Positions 13,200-27,900 of a stretch of DNA of 64,000 nt are shown one piece after another. The position numbers and the translations under genes are program-made. The stretch is taken from positions 9,042,722 to 9,106,721 of the forward strand of contig OZ037766.1 in the NCBI GenBank assembly GCA_964035545.1, in the 5' to 3' direction. The first letter of the stretch is position 1. Each line of letters opens with the position of its first letter. Origin of the DNA: Bugula neritina (lineage: Eukaryota; Animalia; Bryozoa). Under the pieces are notes generated by a model, which was not told the DNA's origin, did no database searches, and worked only from the letters and a program-made list of their open reading frames with translations.

Positions 13200-13500
13200 T
13201 TCAACCTAGCGGTTACACCTGTCCACCTGTCAGATCTCCTTCCACGTGCGATAAGGCAACTCCCAATATGAAAATGAAAGTAATGCAAGTATCCCGAGGA
13301 ACGATAACTCTGTATTAATAGCATAGAAAACTCACGCAAGTTTATAGTCACTATCCCTGCGAGAAACCCCTGGTGGATAGGGTTGATAGCTGTTGATAAT
13401 ATGGGATTTACAATAATATTTTCCGAGTTGCTCACTCAATCCCAGCTTACAGTCACGATCGCTCAGGTCACTCGGTCAAAGTTTAACTGACCCAGTATTA
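13200..13500 (+). promoter_or_regulatory. Putative CpG-enriched promoter/first exon region of UBE2O
   Basis: Local rise in GC and CpG (GCGG, CACGTGCG, CCCGAGG, CACGATCGC, CTCGGTC) in otherwise CpG-poor DNA, 2.4 kb upstream of the first coding exon. That exon begins at a splice acceptor (15843), so an upstream exon must exist. Confidence 0.5.
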
Positions 13501-13739
13501 GCCATTTTTTAATAACCATATCATTTTCATAACGATAATTTAAATATTAGTATCACTCGTTAACCTAGGGTTTGGATTATAGTTACTATTAGTATTAGAT
13601 ATTGTTAATGTTATTAAATGCATATGCTTTGTTTATTGGTTTATATTGCTCAAGTAGGCAATTGTATTTTTTCACCTTGGGCCGCATTCGCATTTGATGA
13701 AATCATATTGATATTTCATTATTTGGTTCTATGCAGGTT

Positions 13740-14570
13740 GCGGCAATCTCAATCTGAACCTTACTCTTAGTCTTACTCCTAGTCTTAGTCTTACTCTTAG
13801 AGTCAGTTAGTAGTACTAGCAATAGTACCTGTACTAAGAGTAAGACTAATACTATAGTCATAGTGCTAGATAAACTTGAAGTTTTAGTTAAAGGTAGTAC
13901 TAGTAGTGCTTGACTATTAACTCTAAGTACTAAGTCTTACTTTTGAGTTCTAATAGTAATAGTACTTAGTACTTAGAGTTAGTAGTCTCGTAGTAGTAGC
14001 CTAGTACTAGTACTCAACTATTAGTAGTACTAGTAAACGTAGTGGCTTCAACTGAAACTTTAAGTTTAAGTTTATCTCAAATTTATGCTCTTAATATGAA
14101 TTTGACATAATGATAATCATAATGATAATAATTGATAATCAATATCAATGATTATCATAATAATAATCATCATAATCACTAAATCTAATCATAATGATAA
14201 TCACTAAGTCTTATCTGGTAATCAGTAAATTATCACTAAAAGTAAATGTAATTGCAAATGTTGAACTCGAAGTTAATGTAATCATTGTAATGCTTTTGCT
14301 AACTAAAAATTAATATCACTGACTATCACTATGACTATCAGTACGAGTATAACAGTAGCTATATAAGTATGACTGTGAAGTAATGTATGTGATTGATTAT
14401 CACTATCAGCCTCAGTTTTTGTTGTTTCTGATTATTTCAATTTAAGCTTAAAGTTTTGCACTTCAGTTACTGTTAGTTTTGCAGTTGAACTTACTTATTT
14501 ACTGCAACTATTATTATTGCTATTGGTATATAGTAATATACTATTGAGTATTGGTTATAATGTTAGACAT
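13740..14570. repeat. Degenerate hexamer-periodic quasi-palindromic tract 1 (UBE2O 5' region)
   Basis: ACTCTT AGTCTT ACTCCT AGTCTT AGTCTT ACTCTT from 13763; perfect 16-bp inverted repeat 13785-13800/13834-13849; many AGTACT/ACTAGT palindromes. Confidence 0.8.
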
Positions 14571-15906
14571 ATCGCGACTGAACCCAAGGCTACCCCTGGG
14601 CGCTAAGGCTTTTCAGTGTCTACTATCTAGCTTATGTACTATGAATGTAATAATAAGCATATCAACGTGCTGCTATAATAATCTATAATTGTACTTGTAA
14701 AAAGATCTCTTTATCAGAGCAGCTAATAACTGTTTTGTCATTTTGATGCTGTTTATTTCAAATTGCTTTCTCTTCAACAAAGAATCAACCTTGTCTTGTC
14801 ACTAATAATGGGTATATATATATTATATATACTCATTCTTCTTTGCACTACTAATAGTTGAACAATTTTACCAGAACCCATGCTTTGTTAGTACATTAAT
14901 GTCTTAAGACTTAACTTGAGTTTTAATTGTAAATGGGTCTAATATTCATGTTACATTCATTTATTAGCTATCACAATTATCATTTGGCTTATATTTGCAT
15001 ATGTTATATGTTTTACTATTACTAGTACTAATTTACTTTCATTGTTGGTACACAGAAGCTTTGTTTAATCATTGCATGCTACAATAAAAGAAACAGTTGA
15101 CTACACAAAGCAATATTTTCTGTAATAGTTAATGTATTAAAGTACATTTATGTGTAAATTCTGTTGATGTAGAAATTGTGAAATACTTTATATTAATTGC
15201 TAAAGAGTTTGTGCAACTGTATGTGCAATATTCATACTTATACTGAATGAAATATTTATGATCAGACAGAAATAGTCAGTTTAATAGTCATTTACTTAAG
15301 TAAAAATTAAGTAAATAAGTAATAAAATTAAGCCACCCTTGTGACTGTGAATCACTGATGGTCTCATGATGTTAATTTTTAATACAACATGAATTACCAA
15401 TAGTGTTAGTAATAGTTATGCTCTTTCTTATGCTGATGCTGATAGTGGTGCTTGTTCTGGTTGATACACTTGTACATTCACACTAACTGATTCGTTAATA
15501 GTATATCAAAGATTGACACTCATGTTCATGGTGCCCAGGTGTTTTTTTTTCAATAAAGCTGGTCTTTTAGAAGATGCAATTTATGTTTTTGGAAATAATA
15601 AAAATCTGGTTGCCATGGTTATACATAACTGTGATGTAGCTTCATATTTGTTTTCAAAATTGCATATCTAGGCTGTCAAAGATATGTGCAAAAAGTATTT
15701 AAATACTTTAGCAGAAGATATTGGACCGGCAAGTGTGCAACTATTTAAAATCTTGTTATAATCTCAATATTCAGTGTTTTTTCATTTTAAACAGATTTTA
15801 TAAAACTAACCTTTACTGTGAAAATGTTTTAACTATTTTGCAGATAAATTGTAATTTGTCCATCTGAAACATATGAAATACTGGCAACGAGGCGAAAGCA
15901 TTTAGT

Positions 15907-18900
15907 ATGGATAACCTGGAAAAGTCCGTTAAATATTTTGGAGAAGATATTATCAGTTTCATTGACTTGGACAATGTTACCGGTTTGAATAATAAAACAA
16001 ATAACCAGCATTATGGCCTAGTGATAGACAGCTATGCTGATAACGTCAGCGATGAAGAGATGTCTGATGATGAAAATGATATGAATCTGGAAGTGTCCAC
16101 TGCAAGAGTTGCATTTTATCCAAAAGGCAGGGCTTTTGTTCTTAATGAAGACCAGGTATGTGTTTTTATAATCATATTTATAGAACTTAATGAATATTGA
16201 ATGGATTTAAAACTGGTCTGTGTATGTATTTCTTGCAGCACCAACTCGAAGAGTTGAACTTTCACTCTTCTAAGAAGCTTACAAAGTATTTTACGTTAAT
16301 TTTTGACTCAATTGTGCTATTAATTATACCATTTGACATAAATGCTAATATAGTGCTTGCATTCACTAAAGTATGATTGGGGAGTGTCTAAGTAGATAAG
16401 CCCTTTTATTAACTTAAGTAAGATTTATGTATGTGTGACAGTGAAGGTCGTGAGATTACCAGATAATTTTATTAAGTTAGGCTAACAATTATGCAATAAG
16501 ATCAGTTGCTAAAAGTCACTTTTGTGTCATGGAGTGGTACGATTAAGGAATATATTGAAAAATGAACTAATAATTAGTAACTCATCAATTTTCAGTTTAT
16601 ACTAATAAATCAGCAGAATACAGATGTTAGTAAACATTATGCTACAGGCTAACCTCACTCCATGATGTTTAAAAACTAACATCTAAGTTTCAGTCTCTAT
16701 TTTAGCATGCAGCGTGCCTATAGAGACGCATTTCTCATGCCTAGAGTAACATGGTAGTTAATACTGCTAATATTGACTATTTTATGTAAAAGGAAAATGG
16801 AGTGATTTTACTTGCTGTCAATAAATGTTTTTACAATGACAAGATTTGATGTTGTGAAAGTCATCAATCGGAGAGACAATTCCTAGCAAAGCTTATATTT
16901 GAGCTTTTTAAGTGACTATAGTATCTTCATGAAAGCTGTATTTATAAATATCTAAGGGTTTATTCGAATTGTAGCTGAAGTTGGTTGACAGATCCCTGAT
17001 GCCAGGTGATGTCGTGAGACGTATGAGTGGCGGTGAAGTGAAAGGCTATGTCACTGATTGCCAGATGACTTGCTCTGTACTGATCAAAGGAACCAACAAA
17101 TTCATACATGGAGTTGATAGCAAACTATTTGCAGAAATTTCTAGTGTAAGTTTAATGACTATTGTAATATCCTTGTTAGCATATGCAAAGGTTAGATAGT
17201 TTATTGAAAGAAACTCAAAAAAGTATGGTGCATAATCTTAAAAAAGTCTTTGTTTCAGGCAACATTGCAATATTAAAGTTATAGTTTTTCAGTGTTTTTT
17301 TCTGTTTCCGATAGACATGTATTACTGCACTTTTTTGCAGAAGGTATTATAAGTCTGCAAGGACACTGGCTAAGTAGACAAGCTATTCAGTTATCAATAG
17401 CATCAAATCATATTAACTAGTTAATATAGCCATTTTTGTTTTTTATTTATAGGACATTCTTAATGAATCTGTGTACGTGGAGCTAGATGGGTGGATTGGA
17501 AAAACTATTGCAGGGCATTGTAAAACTAACTTATTGATCCAATTAGCTGATGGTGAAACGTAAGCTTGCTTTCAACTATATTATTCTAAACCACAGTAAC
17601 TGTCAAAACTTCAATGTTATTAGGATTAAAACAATGAAGACTTTATTTTCTAGCAGAATGTTTTCTTGTATTTTCAGGTTCAATGTTGATTCAAGTGAGG
17701 TGGAAGATTTTGAAGATTTGTTTGACAATGTTCTGAAAAAAGAAGAAGTAAGGCTTATTACAGTTTTGAATGTAGATAAATGTTTTTTGTTTGACTTACG
17801 CTTGTAACTCTGGAAAACAGTGTCAATGTTAAAAGATTTTGTTTTTTTTTCTGCAATGTAGTTGCCAATTTGCTTTAATATCATACAGATGAGTAAGGAA
17901 TGATATTTTGTTCGTTTCATTCTGATCCGATTAGACATCATTGCCAGAAATTGCTACTTGTTAAGAGGTCAAAGCATTGACTCTTTAAAGAACTAATCAT
18001 CACAGGCAATAATATTTAGATATCAGTTTTACTTATAGTCTTACTTGAGTGAAACATGTCTTTGTTGTATCTAAAATCAATGCTGTGGTGTGATGCCAAT
18101 GACCAAATACCAATTTTTCTAATTTGTTGAAAGTATTTTTTTTAGAGTTATCCAATTGAGCTAAAAAAATATTTGCGAATAAATTCACAAACATAACATT
18201 TTCTGACAGTTATATAATGTTCAGCTATATTATTCAGCATTTTATGGATAGCGATATTATGTTAAATGTTTAATATCGGGTCATCAAACTATGTCATGGT
18301 TTTAAGCTAATATATAGCTAAATCTATTGATACTCTATCCAGGAATCCCACTTTCTGTGCACCAGCTACTATAAAGGTCAGCAACTGAAAGGTCCATTAA
18401 GTAGTTTAAAGTCCGTCTGCCGAGTGACAGCTAAAGCTAAAAAGAAGAAGAAGAAAGAAGTTGTTATAACTGTGCTGGATGTATGTAAATGCATAACAAT
18501 TCATTATTGCTCCTTTTTACTATCTCTCAGTATGTTATATCGCCATCTTATAGTCACCTGGTGCCCAGTCAGGTCAACTTGTCTTACTCTTTCAAAGCTC
18601 TGTTGTAAATTGTAATAAGTTAATTTTATTTTCTACTCTTTTCTACCTTCTTCTCATTTTCTTTGTATCCCTTCTCTAGTATTGCTTTTCTCTTTCCGTG
18701 TTTTCTTTTTATTTACTCTATTTCTTGTTTACCATAATTTTATTATTTCACTACTATACTGCTTTGATTATATTCAATGCAAGTGTTATTTTATACAGCC
18801 CTTGTGCTAATCTTTAATTATATACATTTTATGGTTGTGGTTTATTTAATGATTAAGCAGTTTAATTGACATGAAAGTTTATGTTTAAAGTTATATAGTG

Positions 18901-21900
18901 AATATGGAATTACATTGTTTTTAGAAATGGTTTTTAAAAAAGGCATGAAACGCATAGTATGAAACAATCTGCTAATGTTTTCTTTTAAATTTTTTTCTTG
19001 TTTCTCGACTCAATCATATAAATGTTGATTTCTAACTGCAGATAAAAGTGACTCAAGTGAGTGTACAGTGGTTGAAGTGTGGTTTAACAAATTGTCCTGT
19101 GAGACCAGGGAGACATTTGCTAGAAGATGATATTAAAAGGTACAATTTTTATAAGTTTTAGTACAGTGAAATATTAGCTGTGGTAAGATTTCTATAATAT
19201 CTACCATTCACTCATCTAGACCAATTTAGATATTTATTTGTCATTGGTATGACAACTCTCAATATTATATGTTTTGATTAGAGTTTACCTTTTCACTACA
19301 CAAACTTACCTTATGACTGTGTCAGCATAATTCTTTATGCTTTATTGGATATGATTGGTTTAGAATGAAGCCCGTGGATGAGTTCTCATATGCGGCAGTA
19401 CAGATTGGTGACTGCTATTATTTTACAATTGCGGAAGAAGACAAAATAGAGCTCTGTCGACCATCTCAGTTATGCACATCTTTTTTGTATTCGACAGAGA
19501 AGGCCCATGTGAACATGGAGGTTAGGTGTAAATATCTTATTAAACTTTAAATGTTGAAAGCTGTAGTATCAAACATTCTTAAAAGAATTTTTAACAAGTT
19601 TTATTTTACACCAGCTCATGATTTATCTTTTGACAGACTAATAAGAATAGAATGCCTAGTCCTCACACTCACGGCAAAGAGCCATCTTGTAGTAAAGAAA
19701 CAGGTCCTGCTAGCAATGGTGAGATACAACTTCCCGACTCATTGGATGAAGGGGAGAGGGAAGTTTCCTGTTGCTCAGACGACGGTGAGGATGGTTGGGA
19801 AGACGTAGAAGAGCCTGTCAAGCCAGAAGGTAACAGGTTTTATTAGTATTCTCATCATGACCTACAGTGTATTGTTAGTTCTCACAAATCCTCTTTTACA
19901 TGGAGCAAAATCATGGTAGTGCTTAATTGATTTGAAATGTATCATTTTTTCAGCTAACCCAAAGAAAAGTAAGCGCACTCGAAAGGTCAGCAAAAAGAAA
20001 CAAATGCTGCCTTCTCTGAAAACTGATGTCTCCTTCAATGTTGGAGATCAAGTAGCTGTAGAGGTTGTGTTTGCGCAAACCAAAGTAGACGTCATGTGGC
20101 AGGTCTGTACTCTATATAAATCAGGCTAAATACTATCTTGTTCTATAAACATCATTTTGTGTAACTCAACTGTTATGTAATGTGAAAAATTTGCTTTCAA
20201 CATAATGAGTTGATTATCAAGTCTATTGGTGTTATAATCTCACTCTATGTATAAAAATATTCACTTGCAACCTTTCACATATATATTTATAGGATGGTGA
20301 ATTAGAGAGAGGTGTGGCTTCACACAATCTATATCCTGTGTACCATTTGGATGATTATGAGTTTTTCCCAGGAGATTATGTTGTAACTACAGAGTTAGAC
20401 ATTCACAGTGAGTATAGCGTCAACACGATGGTTGTTGGCTATTTCAAATGGCTATGCATGCAATTCCTGCCAACTGCTAATAATGTTGTGCTTTTGTTAG
20501 ATGTTGTTGATCAACCTAATAGAAGAAACCTTTATATGTTGCGTTGCATTATGTCCCGTGATTTTATTAAGCTTCCATTACCATAACTCTAATAATTGGT
20601 AACAGATACTTGGCTTGTAAGCATGTACCAGCAGACCTGGTAATATCTTCCCTTACACATAACTCTGCGAATAACTCTCTGTATATAATATTTTATATGT
20701 TGAATTGTAGCAAATGACCTTCAATATGGAGTTGTGGTCTCAGTTAATGAAGCCCAAAGAGTTGCTAACATCAGGTGGATTTACGTTCCGAATGGACAGT
20801 ATGAGTAAGTCAAGTTCTTGTTTGCTAAACTCTACATCATGTAATTGGCTGGTTAGATCGTCAATACATATCTTATACTCTGTACAGTAGTTCTAGTTCT
20901 AACATTTAATAGGTCTATTACTATGCCTAAAGCAGTTGATAAAATGACCATATGGTTCATTCTTTCAAATCAGCTGCTATGAAAGATGTATTTTTAGTTT
21001 TTTAGGTTGATTATTTCGAGTATTCTCGTGTTTTTCATCAGAATTAAAGAATCATTTTGGTTATACCCTTTAGCTTATTCATTTTTTAGTATTGTTTGAT
21101 GAATTCAAGTGGAATTGATTAAAATTTAAATTATATTTATGCATTTTGTTCAACTGCTGCATACAACAGGTTTTGGAAGATAATAGCTCAGAAGTACTTG
21201 TAATGTTTTGTCTGAGTTTATGCAGTGTCTACCAGTTGATGGTTACTGCTATAATATTTTAGTTACAGGCATCTCTTCTTTAATTTCCAGCGCTGCACCT
21301 CTGATCAATGACAGTGAAGTGGTGAGTGTGTATGAACTTAGAGATCACAGTCTGTTTAATTTCAGACCAGGAGCAGCTGTTGTAAAGGATACAGATTATG
21401 AGGTGAGTTTAGTAGGCTGTCAGCATTACTAAAAGTTGCTGCCGTATGTCTTTGAAAATCTTCATGTTTGGTATACATGGTATGTGTATAGACAACACAA
21501 ACTAAAAGTCATTAGTCTCTTCAGTCAATACAAATGCTAAAAGTTGAGTCATATTTTATCTTGTGAAATTAATGAGAAATGTGATTACATAATAATTCCA
21601 AGCAAAATTATATACATTTCCTGGACTTTTATATGAGTAGGAATAATATGCATTATATTAACTTGTAACCACCTAATAGTACTGAGAAGGCAGTTAGTAT
21701 TGTGTTGCTAAGTACTATAGAGATCATATATAAAGATACATATATACAATAGTTGTTGTTATGTATACTGAAAGATGGAAACTGGATGTGGAATGGATTC
21801 CGTGGGCTCCGTGCGCCATCTTGACTGTGATGGTTTAATGTCTGTTCATTGGATAGATGACTGCACCACACATCTCTATCCTCACCAAATCCAGCTGATT

Positions 21901-24900
21901 TCAAACTTAGTACGTAGAATTTCACATCACACTCTGAATATATCAGTCAAGGTATTTTTGTGTACTATGGGTAGAATTCACTTCTGTAAAACGCTGCTGT
22001 TGCTGTTACAGTATGAATCTGATTCGGACTCTGAGGATGATGAAAGTGAAAGTGGGGCAAGTAGTTGGGCCGATACTTTAGATGAGTCAAGTGATAGTCT
22101 GGCTGATAATACAATGCCGTATGTATTTACTGAGTTTGTGTATAAAAAATTACATATATGTTGTTTTTTTAATGTTTGAATCAAGCCATTAGGTGGTTGT
22201 TGTTATTTGTCAAAGATATGAGCAGTTAACAACTTTAAGTGTTAGTAGTTATTGAACCTTTGTGGAACAAACCTTTCCATTTACAGCTTTATTCTAAAGT
22301 ATTGGTCGAGTGCCAGGCCATTGTACTGTAACTGGATGTTCTACATGAAATATTAATATAATATAATATATTACTATTATGATATGATATAATAGTAATA
22401 TATTATATTATATTATAATATAATATATTAGTCTTATAATATGATATAATAGTAATATATTATATTAGAATATAATATATTGTAAATGTAACTACTCTGT
22501 CATTCTGTTAGTGAAAAGGAACTTGAAGATTTAGGTGAGGAGCTTTCAGTTCTGGTAAAGAACTACGAGAGAGTGTTGGAACCGATTCAGGAGATCCGAC
22601 AAACCTGCTCTCAGATGCCTTGGGATGAGTTTAATGCAATCCTAAGCCCTTTGCGTAAGGTAATACATTTAATTATATAACTATTTAATTATATATAATA
22701 ATATTTTGGTTTGATTCTGTGTGGTTTCCTGCTTGTTATAGTGGCATGCTCAATTAATCATCATTGTTCTCACCAGGATTTGAACTCTGAATTCGAAACT
22801 CATATCTTGGCTATTTAGCCATATCAATTTAAAATTTTCAGTAAAATATTATTGTTATTCCAGTACGTTGATCTTAGCTTTATACTATAGCAGGTGTGAA
22901 TGATTGGTGTGGGTCACAGGGCTAGCTAAATTTTTCGATGATAAAATACTCGATTATTTGTTGCTGAGACTTTTTTTTACAAATAAACTGATTAATATAG
23001 ATCGGCTACTAAAACTATGTATTGTGAATGTATTAGTCGATATAACATGCTATATATATTTTTTAAATTTATGCAGTTAAAATATTTTCACATGTAAGAA
23101 ACAAGTTGGTAATTTTTCTGTTGTTTTTAAGTTCTAGAAGTTAAATACAAGGATTATGAGTTATGCTGGGTTTGATTACTGGCTTGCTGATATATTTTAT
23201 GAAAATTGTTACTAGGCCAATGTTTTTGTAGGTAGCTGATGTGTACAGAAGTATGATCAGACTGGATAACTCAATAGAAAGGGCTGCGGAAATATCCATC
23301 TCTAGAAAGGACGTGGAGGTAACTTAGCTTATGAGCATAAAATTCTCAATTATTTTCGTAATGGTTTCATTTATTATGAATGCAAATAAAGAAAATTAAA
23401 GTTTAGTTTTGCAGTTACAGCTACTAGGCGTTTTATTATCTGCTTCAACTTTATTTTTGAAAAGTCGATAGTTTAAAGTTGGCCTATTTTTATTGAAGCT
23501 CAATTTTGTGTTGATGACATTAGAAGGATTAACAATCCAAGCTTCAGTTATTTATGAATAATTTGGTTTTAGGTTTGTCATTAGCCAACACTCTTGCTAT
23601 AAAAGGTGATGGTAGTTTTTGCCATGCTAAATTTGCTTGGTTTTTTTACAACTGAAATTTACTACAAATAATTTGTGAAGTTTGTCTAGACATTCCAATG
23701 CCAAGATGTTCCATAAACATCAACCATATTATTCACTCTTTATGTCTTGCTACTTTCATTTTAGTCATTTGTTGTCATTCATCAATTAGTTAGCTCTATA
23801 ATTATAATCCTTAAATTAATACAATAATTTATTACTTTCCTTCTACTAAATGCACTGACCAATGCTAAAACTATAATGGCATGTTTTGTAGGAGTTTCAA
23901 AAGTTACTGGAAATCTCTGATGTCTACAGTAACCTGTCATCCATTATGCAAGGGGTTTCCTCAGCTTTATCTCCACCTCTGTCGTATTTCCCCCTCATTC
24001 ACTCACTAGCTGCTTTCCATTCTCACCTGGTGAGGCATGATAGTTGTTTGTACAGTGCTCCCTTCGTATCTCACTAAGCCTTGAATCTCAAAAAATGTTT
24101 TGGCAGTAAAATACAAGATTTAACTCAAGGATCTGTTAAATTTGGCCATTTTGTCCCTATACACTCATACATAAGCTACAAAACAGGTGTCCGGGCCCTT
24201 CTCATGACCTATGGGATTTCGTGAGATATGAAACCGTGAGATATGTTGGGAACACTGTATTTATAAATCTGTGTTTTCAATTAATCTTTGGAAGTATATA
24301 TTGTATGCTGCTTTATGCTAACAATTCTGTATCCGTGTTAAATTGTAATGTTTTCCCTCAATTTCAGAAAGCTGCTCTTCAGAATTTTCCTGGCAGTACG
24401 GATGACATATGCCCAGTGTTTGTTTCTAATTTCGTTTCTGTGATGCAGTCAGTCAACTCTCTTCTGAGTCATCTGTCTGACGTATGTATCTCAGTGGAAT
24501 TGATATACATAACTTTTTTTGTAATTTGGCAACAATATTGCAGAATTTTCTAAAAAAAAGTGCAAATGAGAATACTGTTAATGTGCTTATTGGTTTGTTT
24601 TTTATTATTTTCATGAAAGTTTTTTTTGACCTCTAGGTAAAACTACAATAATGTGATTGTATTATTAGGGTACGGATAAATCTCACTTTAATCTTGAAGA
24701 ATTGATAGACTTGTGCCAAGAAAAAGGACATCCTGTTTCAAATGAAACAAACAATGATGGTGCTGATGAAGAAGCTCATGTCAGTTCTATTCTTTCTAAA
24801 ATCAAAACATTCGACCATTCGAAGGTTTGTGTCGAGTACATATGAGTATATCATTTTGAAAGTTTTGAGATACTGTTGATTATTATTGCTCAGTTACTAA

Positions 24901-27900
24901 ATCACTACATTATATATATTTTTTTTAAAGGTCAGCGATATACAGCGTCAAATCATAGATTTCCTTTGTAAATTCTTCACTCAAATGAAAGAAGTAACCA
25001 CCACCATCTTGGAAATGTATAAAAGCAGGTAATTCACATGTCTTCAACTATGCTTTTTTATCTATTTATGTATAAAACTATATTTATACTACAGTGCGTA
25101 AGGTTAGATAGAGCAAAAAATTATTTCTATGTGTAAATTTTGAGATAAAATTTACCATGTGGTCTGAATAGACATTAAATATGGAATGACGGCGTTCTCT
25201 TTAAGGTAGTGTGCGCTTTGGTCAGCATTGCAATAGCATTGAGAGCTTTATTCACCTTCTTAAAGGAAGCCATTTTTGAGATTTATAGGTGTTCGAGTTG
25301 ATTGTTGAAAATTATGTGTATATTTTTACAACATATATTATGGTTGTACTAAAGATATTCCATCTTTCTATCTTTCAGCCACGAGACAGCCTCTGGGACA
25401 GAAGAAACTGAAACTTTTAATAAAAATCCAGAACTTCATTTGGTATGTTGAGTTTACAAACCGCATAAATCAAGTCATTAAAGTCGAATTTCTGCTTTTA
25501 AAATTTATGGTTGTAATGGCTATAAAATGATCTATTGTTGGTTGTATTTTGCAAATATATAACTTTATTAAGGATGCAACTTGTTATTCACTTCACTTTG
25601 GCAATTTCACACAAGTGTACATAGATAAGTACAAATCAACTACACTAAATTTTTGCTTTTTGCTGCTGTTGATGGCATCTTTCTTTTCATTTACTTGCAT
25701 GTTTATATATAGGTATAGATACAACTATTGTTTTACTTGCGTCATTCATCTAAATTTAGACTGAGTCTTGCCCAAAACAAGAAGCACAGGATGCAGGAAC
25801 TGAAGAGTCAGAAATTGGTTCTTCAGCAGACAAGGAATGTGTTATGCAAGAATATACAAACGGTTTGTTCCACTTACACTCTTATGCAGTTGTAACAAGG
25901 CTATGGTATAACACACTGTTTCACAGTTGCTTGAGTTGTGGCATGTCCAAGGCATTTCACCTAGATTCATTATATTATCAGAAGTCTATTAAAGCAGACA
26001 TTAAGTTTTGGGCACAATTTTTTGAGACCGAATCTTTGAAGACGATTCAAGAAATTGAGTCAAGAGTTTAATGTTGGTTTCGAGAGGCTGTTTCTAATTC
26101 TATTCCTAAAAAGTGTTTTTTTGTGTATATGATGTAATTTTTGTTTAATAAAAATGGTTATACTGGTGAATTATGATTTTCTAACATTTTCTGGTTAATT
26201 TACAGGTGATAGTCAGGGAGCTACGAGTGATCAGAAGCTCAAAATTTCTGGGACTTGCCCCCCTTGTCACAAGTTTTATTCTATTTCTCAAAGCTGTTCG
26301 TTTGGTAGAAAATTTATTAAACTCTTACAAGGAGAAGTAAGTTATTTTTCTTGAGAGCATTTTGAGTTTTATCACTGACCGGTTTTGATAGACTGTCCTG
26401 TAAGCACCAAGTAATTGACTACAAGTATGAATGACTGTGTGGATCCAAGGAACCTTTGCAAAGTTTCTGCATCTATTTTATACCTACATAATATTTTTAT
26501 CTCCTGAATTACAGTTAAAGATCCTGGATAACAACCTTACCGATGGCATCATAGTTAAAGGTTATGAAGACCGTATGGTGAGTAGAGTAGTTGTTAAATA
26601 GTCTACATCATTTGGTATTTCTTTTAATTGTGTTTTTGTTAACTTTTTGATTAAATAGATATTTCTATTATTGCATGATGTCTAAAATTTTGTTCAAAGC
26701 ACTTTTTTCTTTGCTTCTTTTAAATTGTTAGAAACACTAAGAAAAAAATCATGCAATCAATCTGTTTTTGGCACCTCATGTTTAGTATTATTACAATCAT
26801 TTCTCTACTTGTACTACATAAATCATTTTAGTTACTGACTCTAAAACTCTTTAATTTTCGTTCCCACCATGACTAAGCATCTGTTATCGTTATATGTTTA
26901 AATGACTTATGATAGTTTGCCCATAGACTGTGGTAACTAAGGTTTTAATAATATTATATGTTGTTTCAATTATACAACACAATTGTTAACACAGCTGAAC
27001 TAGCTCAAACAAACGTTTTGGCGTGAGAGCAACTTTGACAATCGTTTATTGTTTTATAAATTCAGAACTGCTTCAGTGCGATGATTGTTGGGCCTAGTCT
27101 CACTCCATATGAAGGTGCTCTGTTCATATTTGATATCCAACTGCCTCATGACTACCCAGTTCGCCCTCCAAACATCCACTACCATTCGTACTCCTCGGAG
27201 AGATTAAACCCTAATTTATATGTCTGTGGAAAGGTACGTATCGTGAGTTGGTGTATCTTTTCTTATACAAATAAATATACAACTTCAAAAATTAATACTT
27301 CATCACTATAAAAGTTAGTATGGTATGTGTTTATCACAGTTGGGGTTGTTGTAATTTTCACCAAACGCCAAGCTGATTGAGGTCGAAATTAATTATCATG
27401 CAAAAATCTAAATGCACTGTAAAGAGTTGAAGTCTGCCAAATTCAAATATTTATTGCAGATCTGCAAATGAAGTCCACTGTCTCGCAAAATGTTTTTAAT
27501 TCACACAGCTTTTCAATGAAGCTTGTGAAACTATTTTCTGTGCTACAAGTTTTTATTTGTTATAAATATTTGAAATGTTATAAAAAAAATTTAAAGCACT
27601 TGAAATCACGTAGTATGTTTACCAACTTTTATTCAAGTTTGATTCGACGCTTTACTGTATCGGTGACTTGTGCTTGTTGTTTTTAAGTGATTAAAACTTT
27701 AAAGAAATGTTAAATTTATCAATTTTAATAATGATATGTTCTCTGACATGACAGCTAGAGAAGCAAATCTATATTTTATTCACTCGTGTTTTTGAAATTT
27801 AAATACAAATTTAAATAAGACATTTTTGAACTGGTTGTAAAAAATGTAGAACACTAAATAAGTAGTTTGCAGTAGTGGGAAACAGTTTAAACGTCACAAT

